DNA from: a virus
Direction: 5' to 3' (one strand)
IMG/VR virus record: IMGVR_UViG_3300045988_094874
Span: 1 to 64,000 of that record
Length of the DNA stretch: 64,000 bases
The notes below the pieces were generated by a model, which was not told where the DNA came from, made no database searches, and was given only the letters and a program-made list of their open reading frames with translations. Below, piece after piece: positions 36,226 through 47,100 of the stretch. The translations under genes were made by a program, and so were the position numbers. Every line of letters starts with the position of its first letter. Position 1 is the stretch's first letter.

Positions 36226-37629
36226 TTAGGCTTGTTCCTTAGGCTCACCTGCAATAACTTCGGTAAGGCTCTTGTTAGCGTCTTCGATAGCTTTTGCGAT
36301 AGCCTCTTGTGTCACATCATCAGACTTCTGTGCGTCAATGAAACGTGAAAAATCTCCATCTGGTAGGTTAAGGTGTACGTGTTTAGCGTTTTGAAGCTCA
36401 CCTACAGTCTTAATGTCTCCAATTCCCCAGACAATTCCATTAGTAATTGCAAGGTAACCTTGCTTACCTGAATTGCTCCGGATAACATAGTTTGTCATTT
36501 CGTCTTCCTCTTCTTCAAATTGATTGTTTGCAATATCATCACTAAGAATAGCAATGTTTTTATCTAAGCCACCAGCAATACCTGTACTAGTGAACTGCCA
36601 CCAGCGAATACCTTCCATAGTAGGATATACTTCCCACACAGGAGTAGGAGTTACCTCATAGTTAGGGTAGGCTGCAATCCACAGAGAATTAGGGTATTTA
36701 GCTAGGATAGCTTTGTAGTTTACGTTTGCTAAAGTATATGGCTTGTATGAGTAGTAGATAGGTTGGTAACCTTTACCTGCACAAGCGTCCATGAAGGCTA
36801 AGATAGCCTGTGTATTGGCTTCCATGTCTCCACTAGCATTATCCTCATAGTCACAGACCAGATAATTCACAGGCTTGCTAGGTAAATTGCTCAGGAAGAA
36901 ATTAGCTTCTGCAAGAGCTTGTCCTACGTCACCTCCAAACCGTGCAAAGTGGTAATAACCAATAGGCACAGAGGTGTCAGCCTGAGCTTGTCTAACCTCT
37001 GACATGTAGGTAGTGTGCTCACTTACCTTAATGATTGTCTTGTTAGTTCCTGCTTGCTGTGTCATAGCTGTGAGGTCTGCTGGTTGGTAAGCCGATACAT
37101 CTAAGAAGTAATCGTCCTTCTTAAGTCCCGGAGCTCCATTTACGAAGCCTCGTCCACTAGCTGAGCTAGTTTGTTGTGCTTGGTTAGCCTGACCACCGAC
37201 TCCCGGTTTAAGACGGAAGGCTGTATCAAAGGTAGCTTCATAAGGAAGTCTCACAAGAGAAGCAACTCCTCCTCTATCTAGGCTACTATCAGGTCCTTGG
37301 TTTTGCCCTAAGAACATGCCATAAACTCCATCAATGTCACTATCAAACACAGCAACGTGAGAGTAAGGAGTCCAAGGGTGGACTTTGAAGATAACCAAGT
37401 CTCCCGGTTGTAACATACTAACTTCATCAAAGTAGTTAAGAATACCATTGCTATGTCTCTGTTCCCAAAGGTCTTGTACAAACCCTGTCACAGTACAGTT
37501 AGCATAGGGTATTCCATTTTCAATACAGAACTTTGCATAGAAATCCCAGCATTGAAATTGGTACCAACCATCAATGTCATAGCCATTACCAAGCGTTTTG
37601 TTCTTAAAATCTTGGTAACTAATAGCCAT
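36226..37629 (-). CDS. endolysin: N-terminal CHAP domain + GH25 muramidase + C-terminal cell-wall-binding region
   Basis: CHAP Cys/His (FQCWDF...SHVAVF); GH25-like LDVSAYQ...IGYYHF. Confidence 0.7.
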   Translation of the reverse strand: MAISYQDFKNKTLGNGYDIDGWYQFQCWDFYAKFCIENGIPYANCTVTGFVQDLWEQRHSNGILNYFDEVSMLQPGDLVIFKVHPWTPYSHVAVFDSDIDGVYGMFLGQNQGPDSSLDRGGVASLVRLPYEATFDTAFRLKPGVGGQANQAQQTSSASGRGFVNGAPGLKKDDYFLDVSAYQPADLTAMTQQAGTNKTIIKVSEHTTYMSEVRQAQADTSVPIGYYHFARFGGDVGQALAEANFFLSNLPSKPVNYLVCDYEDNASGDMEANTQAILAFMDACAGKGYQPIYYSYKPYTLANVNYKAILAKYPNSLWIAAYPNYEVTPTPVWEVYPTMEGIRWWQFTSTGIAGGLDKNIAILSDDIANNQFEEEEDEMTNYVIRSNSGKQGYLAITNGIVWGIGDIKTVGELQNAKHVHLNLPDGDFSRFIDAQKSDDVTQEAIAKAIEDANKSLTEVIAGEPKEQA

Positions 37630-37859
37630 TACTGTTCTCCTTGTTTGTTTTCTGCTTCTTCCTGAGTTTTCGCATAGTTATTACTTGAGATACCAAGAAC
37701 CACACCTGCAAACACAGTGAGAGCGGAAATAGTACCAATAATAGTAGATGGGTCAAACTTGTAGATACCTCCTAACGCAGTTAACAAAGCGATAAATGCT
37801 GGGATAACTACAGTGATAATACGTTTTGCAATATCATATTGTTGGTTGCTCAATTTCAT
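37629..37859 (-). CDS. holin (two TM helices)
   Basis: 76 aa; two hydrophobic segments; charged C-terminus; adjacent to endolysin. Confidence 0.55.
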   Translation of the reverse strand: MKLSNQQYDIAKRIITVVIPAFIALLTALGGIYKFDPSTIIGTISALTVFAGVVLGISSNNYAKTQEEAENKQGEQ

Positions 37860-38199
37860 TTACTTCTTCCTCTTTCTTATGGTAAAGTTCGTCGTCTAAC
37901 TCATGAATGTAGTGATTTCCATTCAAAAGATAGTATGCAGTGATAATCTCACGTGTTAAGTGGTACTTCTGTTCCCAAGTAAATTCACGAGAATTATATA
38001 TTTGTAGGTATTCATTACGAAGGGCTGAGCGCTTATTGCTTCTAGCCATTTCTTCCTGAGCCTCTTGATGGGCTACTGACTCTTTTGTCTTCTGTGTTAA
38101 CTTAGTCACAAGGAAGGTACATAACGTTGTGATTACTAGAGTCACAGAGGTTATCACCTCCTGTCTACTAAGAATGTTATCAATCCATTGGTTATTCAT
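37834..38199 (-). CDS. single-TM membrane protein (holin-associated / antiholin candidate)
   Basis: 121 aa; N-terminal TM VTLVITTLCTFLVTKL. Confidence 0.35.
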   Translation of the reverse strand: MNNQWIDNILSRQEVITSVTLVITTLCTFLVTKLTQKTKESVAHQEAQEEMARSNKRSALRNEYLQIYNSREFTWEQKYHLTREIITAYYLLNGNHYIHELDDELYHKKEEEVNEIEQPTI

Positions 38200-38210
38200 T
38201 GTTACCCCTA

Positions 38211-38759
38211 TTAAACGTTCTCAGCTCTTAGACGGTAAGCTCTAATTCCCTTAGGTAATTTTGAGACATCAAATTGTTTAGTTACTTTGTCATAAGGAAC
38301 AAGAGTATCTCCATAAAAGAAGTTTTTAGGAGATGACATTATATTAGTAAATGTAGAGTTATCAGTGATATAATTATAATCTTTATTATATACATCTCCA
38401 ATAGATAGTTTATCTCCTACCAAGTCCTTATCTATAAAGACAAAGTTTACATAGTAAGGATTATCAATATCACCATTACCAGTTACAGTTACTGTGTACT
38501 GACCTGCGGGTGATGAATAAATATTATCTGGGTTATATTGAGCTTTTGCAAGCATATACATCAGAGTATCAAACGCCTCTGAGTCATAGTTACTTGAACC
38601 CCCACCTGCAGGTAGGTCAACCTCACTCTGCTGACCATTCTCAACAAGCTTTAGTTTATTACCAGTAAGAGTTAATCCATAGGACTTACCTTCCCCACCT
38701 ACTTGTGCTCCATCACTAAAGCACTCGCCCACATATACATTTACAACTTTATCTGACAT
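38211..38759 (-). CDS. hypothetical structural protein
   Basis: 182-aa ORF. Confidence 0.4.
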   Translation of the reverse strand: MSDKVVNVYVGECFSDGAQVGGEGKSYGLTLTGNKLKLVENGQQSEVDLPAGGGSSNYDSEAFDTLMYMLAKAQYNPDNIYSSPAGQYTVTVTGNGDIDNPYYVNFVFIDKDLVGDKLSIGDVYNKDYNYITDNSTFTNIMSSPKNFFYGDTLVPYDKVTKQFDVSKLPKGIRAYRLRAENV

Positions 38760-38768
38760 TTATTACTC

Positions 38769-39251
38769 CTAATTTTCTAATCTATTTTTTGTAAATTCTA
38801 CTTCAACAACTTTATTATCTGCTGAGGTATAAGACACAGTAAACTTACCGTTTTCTCCAAGTGACACAGGGGAGCCTCCTGCATTAGCATAGGCTGAGCC
38901 ACTAGGAGTAATTACATCACTAAATAATGTTCCGGGCTTACCATCACTTCTTGTGTACTTACTTGGGTCAACTACAAGGGGATTAGCAAATCCTGTAGGG
39001 CTTCTAAAGGAAACCACAGGAGACTCTCCAGAGGAAGTCACATAAGCTGTCTCACTTGTATTTTCTGAATTTATATAATGAAGTCCTGTGTTCTGCTTAG
39101 GTTCTTTTCCACAGTTGAGAACTACTTTAATGTTATCCCCACACCCTCCTGAGTTGGCAGGGCAAGTAGCCTTGGGGATAGGCTTGTAACCTGTGTAAGT
39201 ATTGTAAACTACTCCACACAGCTGGTCTTCTTTTGGTAGCTTATACGCCAT
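38769..39251 (-). CDS. hypothetical structural protein
   Basis: 160-aa ORF. Confidence 0.4.
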   Translation of the reverse strand: MAYKLPKEDQLCGVVYNTYTGYKPIPKATCPANSGGCGDNIKVVLNCGKEPKQNTGLHYINSENTSETAYVTSSGESPVVSFRSPTGFANPLVVDPSKYTRSDGKPGTLFSDVITPSGSAYANAGGSPVSLGENGKFTVSYTSADNKVVEVEFTKNRLEN

Positions 39252-39260
39252 GTTTCCTCC

Positions 39261-40652
39261 TTATGTCCAACGAGCTCTTCTGTCCGTTGCTTTGTTTCCT
39301 GTCTTAAGCGGTGGTAGCTTAGGTTTTGGAAGTTCAAATTTTGGAAGTGTTGGTTTAGACACAGCGGGAGCAGTAGGCAAAGGCTCACCTTCCTTAATGT
39401 GTCCCATCACTTCATCAAGCTGAGGCTTCATTCCATTGTAGATACTACTCATCTGAGCTATATAAGCTCCTAGACCGACAGCAGCGTAATCATACTTAGC
39501 CACAGGTCTGAATAGTCCTCTTGTGAAGCTTTCAATATCATATTTGTTGTTTGCGTGATATAATGCGTCTGCTCCTCCGATACGGTCTGAAATGAGGTTA
39601 CAATGGTCTTCAAAGTAATCTTTGAGACTTGCAAACTTCATATAGTAACCGCCTTCTGCCCGTGGAGCTCCCTGTGATACTACAACACCAGACTCACGCT
39701 GAGGGTTTCCAGTCCATGTAAGACCTCCCCAGTTATTCTCAGGACCTGCATAGGTAGCTCCGGGAGATTGCCCCCAGTTAGTTTCCAGATAGGTCTGACA
39801 GATAAATCCGGGAAGCCAAATACCATACTTGGCACAAGCAGAAGCCATTGCACTTATCTTGTCTTTGGTAAGTACATATCCTCCATAGGAAATGTCTCCA
39901 CCGTCATAGTTAGCAGTACCAGAAGGTAAGTCATTAGTCACAGAAGCGTCCTTCTTAGTTGTTACCACTACGTCAAGGTCTTCTCTACGTTTGGCACAGG
40001 ATTTACGGATATAACCAGCTGAGCCGTCCCAGCGGTCAATCTTTATCCAGTCACCATCTTCCAGCCCTGTGTACTTGGAACATTGGAAAGTCTTTTCAAT
40101 AAACTCACCATCTTTTTCCTTTAGTACCTCAGTCTCGTCACAGGTGACCTCCCAGAATTGGTATGTTCTGGATTTTGTCTTAGTAGTATCATTACCTGAA
40201 ATAGTTCCCGGTTGGTTATGTGAAGTAGAGCCTCCTGCTGAATAAGGTTCTTGATTATAGAACCTTACAATGTGGGTAGGGTTCAGATTTATAATACTGA
40301 ATGTATGCTCTGTTACTCCACTACCTAGTGGGTGGTTCTGGTCTATACAGGTAGCCCATGCAGGGTCACCAGAGCCATAAAAGGCAACGTGACCAGCCTC
40401 ATTTCCGTAGGCAGGACCGAAGATAACCATATCACCAGTCTCTAACTGACCATCATAAGGTTTCACAAGAGCAAGCTGATAAAGTCTTGGATTATCTGCT
40501 ACAATATCTCTAGCATAATAACCCCACATAGTTATTCCAAAGAACTTACCAACATAGTTAGCCAAATCGTAGCATTGTGCACCATATGAGCCGTCAAAGT
40601 CATAATGCTGTCCTAATACATCTTTGCATATATCGTAGCAATTCCTAACCAT
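39261..40652 (-). CDS. peptidoglycan hydrolase: CHAP domain + C-terminal glucosaminidase-like domain
   Basis: CHAP QCYDLANYV...GHVAFYG; C-terminal FlgJ/glucosaminidase-like TNWGQSPG...NNWGG. Confidence 0.6.
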   Translation of the reverse strand: MVRNCYDICKDVLGQHYDFDGSYGAQCYDLANYVGKFFGITMWGYYARDIVADNPRLYQLALVKPYDGQLETGDMVIFGPAYGNEAGHVAFYGSGDPAWATCIDQNHPLGSGVTEHTFSIINLNPTHIVRFYNQEPYSAGGSTSHNQPGTISGNDTTKTKSRTYQFWEVTCDETEVLKEKDGEFIEKTFQCSKYTGLEDGDWIKIDRWDGSAGYIRKSCAKRREDLDVVVTTKKDASVTNDLPSGTANYDGGDISYGGYVLTKDKISAMASACAKYGIWLPGFICQTYLETNWGQSPGATYAGPENNWGGLTWTGNPQRESGVVVSQGAPRAEGGYYMKFASLKDYFEDHCNLISDRIGGADALYHANNKYDIESFTRGLFRPVAKYDYAAVGLGAYIAQMSSIYNGMKPQLDEVMGHIKEGEPLPTAPAVSKPTLPKFELPKPKLPPLKTGNKATDRRARWT

Positions 40653-40654
40653 AA

Positions 40655-40963
40655 TTATACACCATTATTGTCTTTCAGTAAACTTTCACACAAAGCAAAA
40701 AGTTCCGAAGTTGGAAAGTATAGATAACCATAATCAGCCACTGAATAGTCATCAACAGGGCAATAAATTACATTGTTATAATTGCATATACTTATAGCTA
40801 CTGACTTTTTAACATCATAATTTAAGAAAGCTAAAGTATCATAGCAACCATTTCTTAAAATATATTCTGCTAAAAATAAATCCCTGTCTTCTATTAGGCT
40901 CAGCATTACTTTCTGGATAGTAGTTCTTATTAAGTATATGTACTCTAGTCTACTCAAAAACAA
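40655..40963 (-). CDS. hypothetical protein
   Basis: 102-aa ORF. Confidence 0.35.
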   Translation of the reverse strand: MFLSRLEYIYLIRTTIQKVMLSLIEDRDLFLAEYILRNGCYDTLAFLNYDVKKSVAISICNYNNVIYCPVDDYSVADYGYLYFPTSELFALCESLLKDNNGV

Positions 40964-41165
40964 CCTCCATCATCATAAGTACCTGCTGTACTTTCTTCTC
41001 TTCCCTGTATATCTCACTCTTTAACTTCATGTTATCAATCACAGCGGTGTAGTCTTGTGGGTGAGCCTCTAGGTGTTGTTCCACCTTAAATTGCTTAACC
41101 TTTAGCCTATCTAACCTCTCTGTGTAGTGTTTGTGTTTATTATATAAATCCTTAAAATCGTACAT
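40950..41165 (-). CDS. hypothetical small coiled-coil protein
   Basis: 71-aa ORF. Confidence 0.3.
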   Translation of the reverse strand: MYDFKDLYNKHKHYTERLDRLKVKQFKVEQHLEAHPQDYTAVIDNMKLKSEIYREEKKVQQVLMMMEVVFE

Positions 41166-41166
41166 A

Positions 41167-41757
41167 TTAGTTTATGTGACTAAATTTCAAATAAAGGCGC
41201 AATGTCACTGTTGCGTCTCCTAGTGCTTTCACAGAGAATATCTTTTCTCCGGGACTATACAGGGCTTCTCTTTGCTTATCATTGAGATACCATGCAACTT
41301 TCATCAGGTCATAGCCTTCCATGGGATTACCATTAGGAAAGATACCTTCTCCGCCTTTAGCGTCTGCAATCCAGTTACACTTCCATATAGCCTTCAAGTA
41401 GGGTGTCAGGTCAATCGTCTCGCTGTGTCCTGTGGTCGCATTGTGAGCAAATACCTCTAAATGCACATCAGACATTGGGCGAACACCTTCTTGTTCCTGC
41501 TCTGAGTTATCTCCTTTGTTATTAGTAACAATAACCTTAAGAAACCAGCGCTGAAACCTATCCAAATCCCCTGACACAGTGAGGTGGTAATTAGCCGTTG
41601 ACTTCTTATCACCAACCATTTCCTCTGTGTTCCGTATTGTGTCTACATAGTCAACACCAAAGAGGTCAGTTACACCCCCACGCCTTTGTCGGCTTGATTG
41701 TGTAACCCTCTCTCTAGTATCTCTTACTGTGTTTACTAATCTAGTAACAGCATCCAT
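41167..41757 (-). CDS. baseplate-associated protein
   Basis: 196-aa ORF downstream of the Dit/Tal-like genes. Confidence 0.4.
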   Translation of the reverse strand: MDAVTRLVNTVRDTRERVTQSSRQRRGGVTDLFGVDYVDTIRNTEEMVGDKKSTANYHLTVSGDLDRFQRWFLKVIVTNNKGDNSEQEQEGVRPMSDVHLEVFAHNATTGHSETIDLTPYLKAIWKCNWIADAKGGEGIFPNGNPMEGYDLMKVAWYLNDKQREALYSPGEKIFSVKALGDATVTLRLYLKFSHIN

Positions 41758-43040
41758 TAAGTCACCTCTCTATCCACAGATAAGAACTTGCTGAGCTCTA
41801 TGTTGAGCACAAGGGAGTTCCCTGTGGAATATTGGTAGCTCATCTTATTAACATAAAACCAGTCATTTGCTCTGAGCACTTTAGTATAGTATTTACTGCA
41901 AGGTGTAAGCTCCACAAGGTCTACTCCCAAGATAAATTTGACTTTATCTCCTACCTGAACCCCTGCTGGCAGAGGTGAAGTAGTCACAGGGTAAATGACC
42001 TTCCTCCTTGAAGCTCTCATCTTTCTAATAGCTGACTTGTACATTTGCACAGTGGCTTTGATACGGTCTTCATCAGACACTTCCTTATTATCACCAGCTA
42101 TCGCCTGTGTGTCATTAGTAGTAATACTACCCCAGTAGAGTTCTCCTGCTTCAAGGGCAATTCCTTCCTCATCTAGGATAGCATACTCATCTTCTGATAT
42201 GTCAGTAGCGAACACAGGGAGTGGTGGATAATCAAAGTGCCTCTGTGAGTTTACAGGTCTATCTGTTTTAATCACAGGGAAGCCGTCTATCATGAGTTTC
42301 TTGTCATGGAAAATGTCCCTGAGAGTCAATGAGCTTGCTCCTGCGTCAGCCTTATCTGAGCGTACCACAGCAGAGTTCATCACTCCTTGGAAGCTTTCCT
42401 GAACTTCTCCAAGGTCTAAGAGGTATGTCTCAGGTGAGATAAGTACCTCTTTTTTAGCTCCCATTGCGGAGAACGTTACCTTGAAGGGGTCTTTCTTGTC
42501 TATGCGCCATTGCATATCTTGAGTCTTCTCACAGAGCTTCGTGAGGAACTGTAAGACCGTTTCTTGTGAAAACTCATACTCTATCTTGCGTTCAGTTTCA
42601 TCTGGAAACTCAAATTTCATTAGGTTCACTAAATCATTTTTAGCGTCCTTCCAATATTCCTTAACCTTCTTAACAACCTCCTGAACTGTGGTGTCCTTAA
42701 AGGTCACGTTAGTTGGGAGGTTTTTCTTATCAAGTAGCCCTACTATATGAGTGAGGCTCACAGTACAGGTAGCTGTCTTGTGATTTGTTTTCTTCTCATA
42801 CACAGTGCCTAGAAAGTTCCAATCATCACTAGAAAGGCTAATCTGAGTTGTTCCAGTCAGCAGTTTAGCATACTTAGAAGGGATAGTAATTGGAATTGAC
42901 GGAACTTCCATTAAGTTAAAATCAAGTGAAAAGTCACCTAAGAAATCCTCAGGCAATAATAGCTGGTCTCTTGAACCGTCTCCTCCATTTATAATTTTCC
43001 CTATCATAGTGTAAGCCTTTCGTAATCTACATAAGCACAC
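41757..43040 (-). CDS. tail-associated / baseplate hub protein candidate (Tal-like position)
   Basis: 427 aa; second gene after tape measure. Confidence 0.4.
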   Translation of the reverse strand: MCLCRLRKAYTMIGKIINGGDGSRDQLLLPEDFLGDFSLDFNLMEVPSIPITIPSKYAKLLTGTTQISLSSDDWNFLGTVYEKKTNHKTATCTVSLTHIVGLLDKKNLPTNVTFKDTTVQEVVKKVKEYWKDAKNDLVNLMKFEFPDETERKIEYEFSQETVLQFLTKLCEKTQDMQWRIDKKDPFKVTFSAMGAKKEVLISPETYLLDLGEVQESFQGVMNSAVVRSDKADAGASSLTLRDIFHDKKLMIDGFPVIKTDRPVNSQRHFDYPPLPVFATDISEDEYAILDEEGIALEAGELYWGSITTNDTQAIAGDNKEVSDEDRIKATVQMYKSAIRKMRASRRKVIYPVTTSPLPAGVQVGDKVKFILGVDLVELTPCSKYYTKVLRANDWFYVNKMSYQYSTGNSLVLNIELSKFLSVDREVT

Positions 43041-44104
43041 GCTGTGCTTGATAGAACACCATATACATTTATGGTATTTCGTCCTTTAATTATGCGGAAT
43101 GGTCCTTCACAGTAAGACAGATTATCTAGCTTGACAACTTTGTAGTCATACTCAAGACATTCCCAACTACTAGCATACCGTACATTTCCTCTTTGGTCAA
43201 GTGTAAGAACCCCGTTGTACTCACCTTTTACCTTGATGTTCACGTTGTTTACTGTGATAATTGGGTCTTTGAAATGTCCGAATAGCCCCACTCTCCACTG
43301 AGTGCTGTCTAATACTGTATCAGCCTGAAACGTCTTGTGTAGTTCTCCATTCACACAGAGGTCACAGAGAGCATGTGCATAAAGCTCTGGCAATGTCTTG
43401 CCATCAATTCTAGCCTTTTGGCAGTTATGAACTACACGCCATTTACTGTCACAGAGGTCAAAGAACTCATCATTGAAATCAATGTCCTGAACAGCAGAGC
43501 AGTAGTCTACCATGTCTTTCATTGCTGAGCAATTATCATTACAACATTCACACTCTGTGCAAGGCTGTCCCTCATCACAGCAACGTGATTGAAGGCAGTC
43601 TGCTTTCATCTGAGTAAAGCTACACAGGTCGAACCTATCAAAATAAGTCTTGTGCTCACTAGCCTTGTGCCAGACACCCTCTGCATTATTAAACTCAACC
43701 TGTAACACAAGGTAGCCATTGTCAGTAAGCGTCCATTCCTTCTGATGTTGCATACTAGTACAGTAGGCATGACACCAAATAAGCTGGTTACCGCTATCTA
43801 CAGCCCATAGCTTACCTTTTCTTGTGAGCTGGTGAACTATGAAGTCATAATGCACACGGATATTCTCATCACTCCATGTGTTTGTCTTTAGAGCCATCTT
43901 GAAGCTAATAGTATTGGTATCCACAAGAAGCTCATCTCCTCTGTTACCAACAAAAGCACCATGAGTGAAAGCCCTTGGAGTTGTATTAACTCTAAAGGCT
44001 ACACTCTCAGCCTGCTCTTGTATGCTTCGTGTCCCTGTGAACACAAGGTCGTTATATTGAATATATCGTCTAGGCTTATTTACATTTTCGCCTCTATATC
44101 CCAT
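43004..44104 (-). CDS. distal tail protein candidate (Dit position) carrying a Cys-rich insert
   Basis: 366 aa immediately after tape measure; CCDEGQPCTECECCNDNC. Confidence 0.4.
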   Translation of the reverse strand: MGYRGENVNKPRRYIQYNDLVFTGTRSIQEQAESVAFRVNTTPRAFTHGAFVGNRGDELLVDTNTISFKMALKTNTWSDENIRVHYDFIVHQLTRKGKLWAVDSGNQLIWCHAYCTSMQHQKEWTLTDNGYLVLQVEFNNAEGVWHKASEHKTYFDRFDLCSFTQMKADCLQSRCCDEGQPCTECECCNDNCSAMKDMVDYCSAVQDIDFNDEFFDLCDSKWRVVHNCQKARIDGKTLPELYAHALCDLCVNGELHKTFQADTVLDSTQWRVGLFGHFKDPIITVNNVNIKVKGEYNGVLTLDQRGNVRYASSWECLEYDYKVVKLDNLSYCEGPFRIIKGRNTINVYGVLSSTACAYVDYERLTL

Positions 44105-47100
44105 TAAACATACCTCATCAATCTATCTAAGCCATACATACCATTGAGGTAGTTAGACTTATTGTCAATATTCTGATTGACACTTGCATTGTTATTGTAG
44201 TAGTTATTCACTACTGTAGTTGTCCGGTTACCTCCAAGAGCTCCAATACCGAAGCGGTTAAGGTTATCTAGGAAGTTAGTTCCTAGACTATCCACAGCTC
44301 TCTTACGGAGAACATATTCACCTGGAGTAAGCATTGCAGGTATTGTGTCAGTACCTCTAGGTTGGAAAATTCCTCCAAGAAGAGGGCTTCCTCCTTGAGC
44401 AAGGTAGTTCACGAAGCCTCCAGTAGAGAACAGAAGACCACTACCAGAAGGTAATTTCTTCTTGCCTTTGTCATAGTTCTTCTTAGAAGTTCCACTCTTG
44501 CTTCCTGTAATCCAGTCAGCAATTCCTCCGAGTATTCCAGCTACCCAGTCACGGACACCTTCTAAAGCACCAACTAGCCTATCCCAAGCGTCTTTAAGAG
44601 TTCCATGCTTCTTACTTTCCTTCTCTTGGTCTTCCGCCTTCTTCTTCTCAGCACTCATTGTGTTTGTGTATGTATCATACTGACTCACAAGGAATTGGAG
44701 GGCTTTATCAGGAAGTTGAAGAACTTGGTCACGAGACACGCCTGCGTCAATGAGTTTTTGTTGTAACTCTTGTCTCTTCTCCTCTGTGAGGTTTTGAGCA
44801 CCTTGACGGTAAGCGTCCATTTGAGTAATCAAGTTTCCTTGTTCGTCTACAATATCTGTAAACTGTCTTCCCTGAGCAATAGCTACTTGGTTAAGTAAGG
44901 AGGCTAGGATTTCATCTCCCTCAGAGCCATATAATCCGTTCTGAGCCTTTAATTGCTCCCAAGACATCAATTCCTCACCTATACGAACATAAGTGCCCTG
45001 CATGTCTTTAAGAGGCTTCTGAGCGTTGTATCCAAGGTCAAACAGTGTCTGCCTCATGGTAGCCGAGTCAGTAGCACCTGCTTCCTCAAGGAGTCTCATA
45101 GAGTTCTGCATGTATGCAGTAGCGTCTGTAAAGTTCTGTTGAAGTCTACCAAACACTTTCTTCTGCATATCTGTCATGTTTTGCAAGTAGCCACCTAGAG
45201 TTACTTTAGAGCCGAGAACGTCTCTAGTAGTATGCTCATCAGCTCTTGCTCTTGACACAGCCTCTGCATTTTCCCTAATAGACTTAGCATTTTCAGCAGC
45301 CTGCTTACGGTACTCATCATTGTACCCTGTAAGAAGTCCTTCAATACCGTCAATAAGGTTTTTGCCTCCACCCATAATTAAGTTAGTGATAGCTCCTAGA
45401 AGAGCTCCCACAGCAGTACCGATACCCGGCATGATAGCTGTACCAATAGAAGCTCCTGTGAAGGTTGCTCCAGCTAAGCCAAGTCCAGCTCCTGCTGTCT
45501 TAAGTGCCCCACCTACAGTAGCTCCTGCATGTCCCCCAATAGCATTTTGCACAGGGTCTGCAATCATTTGAGCTACCAGAGAAGCTATCATACCAAGAGG
45601 AGAAGCTCCGAATGAGCCTACCTTAGTTCCGATATTAGTCAGAGCAGGTGTTCCAGCCCTAGCTAAGAATTGCTGTAGTGCATTTCCTTCTGAGTTTGCT
45701 AGTAATGAAGTTATAGGAGTTTTACTTAGAAGTCCTGAAAGAAGACCCCCTCCGCCAGCTCCTGAGGCTAGACCTCCTAATCCAAGAGTATTAGCTACAC
45801 TAACCATGCCAGCGGCTGCTCCTAAGACCTTGCCGATAACTCCAAATATAGTTACCAGACCGATAAGACCTGTGGTAAGTCCCGGATACTGTCCCATAAA
45901 CTTAGCAATCTCAGTCATGAAGTTTAGGATATTAGTAAAGAATTTAAGAATACGGTCAAGACCTCCTTCAACAGAGCCATGTCCTATATGCTTAATAATA
46001 TCTCTAATCATTGTCACAACAGCCTTCACAAAGTCAGCCATTGCTTGTAACAGCTTCTTACCAGTATTCCCTGTAGCACTCTTAAGCACCCCTGTGAGAA
46101 GTTCCTGATAGATAGGCTGTAATGACTTCTGCAAATTTTGGAACACAGAGGAGAAGTTCTTCATGCCCTGCTCTAATCTACCCTTAGGCAGTGAGCCGAT
46201 AGACTTAGTAACTGTATCAGTAAGCATATTAACTACAGAGAGCCACATCTTACCTACTTCTTCCACAAGGGTCTTGACAGTATTAAAGTTAATACGCCCA
46301 TTGAGCTGTCCAATCTTTTTATCAAACCACTCAATAATCTTGCCGAAGATGTTGGCTACCTCTCCAAGGAAATTACCAATTTTAACTCCATACTTCTCTG
46401 CTCCCACTTGGTTAGCATACTTAAATGTGTTAAATAGGTTATTGTACTCCTTCATGAGGTCTTCAAAGAACTTACGAACCTTTTGGATAAACAGGATAGT
46501 ACGTCCAAGACCTCGAGGGTCATCTCCATAACCACTTACCCCTTGTTGGAAACCTAGCTCTAGTCCTTTCTTGAAGTTGCCAGAAGCTCCCCCATTGAGC
46601 ATATTATTCATAAGCTCTTTCACAGAGGATACTGTGGTAGCCATGGCTGTAAGTACCTGACCAGCATATTCTAGTCCTTTACTTACAATAGGAGTATCAT
46701 TGATAAACAGACTTGCCAAAGACACAAGCTGTGTATAGAAGTCTAGCAATCCAGCAAATGCTCTATCAGCACCGCTTACTAGAGCTCCATTATTGACAGT
46801 CTTCTCAACCTCATCAATGATAAAGTTAATGAATACCAGTGTGTTTCTAATCACAGAGCTTCCAGCTACCTTAGCTACCATATCACCATATAGAGCAACA
46901 AAGTTAGCTACAGTGTCAAGAGCTCCATTATCAAGCAACACTTGTCCTAGTCCAATAAACTTAGCCACAAGGCGTTCATACTGGTAGGCTACCTCAGAAA
47001 GACCTTTACCAAGGTTCTGTGAGGTTGTAGCGTTACCCATAGCCAGTAAAGCCTGTGTAATCTCGTTAAGTCCTTGAGCTACTCTGCCTCCAGAGAAGCC

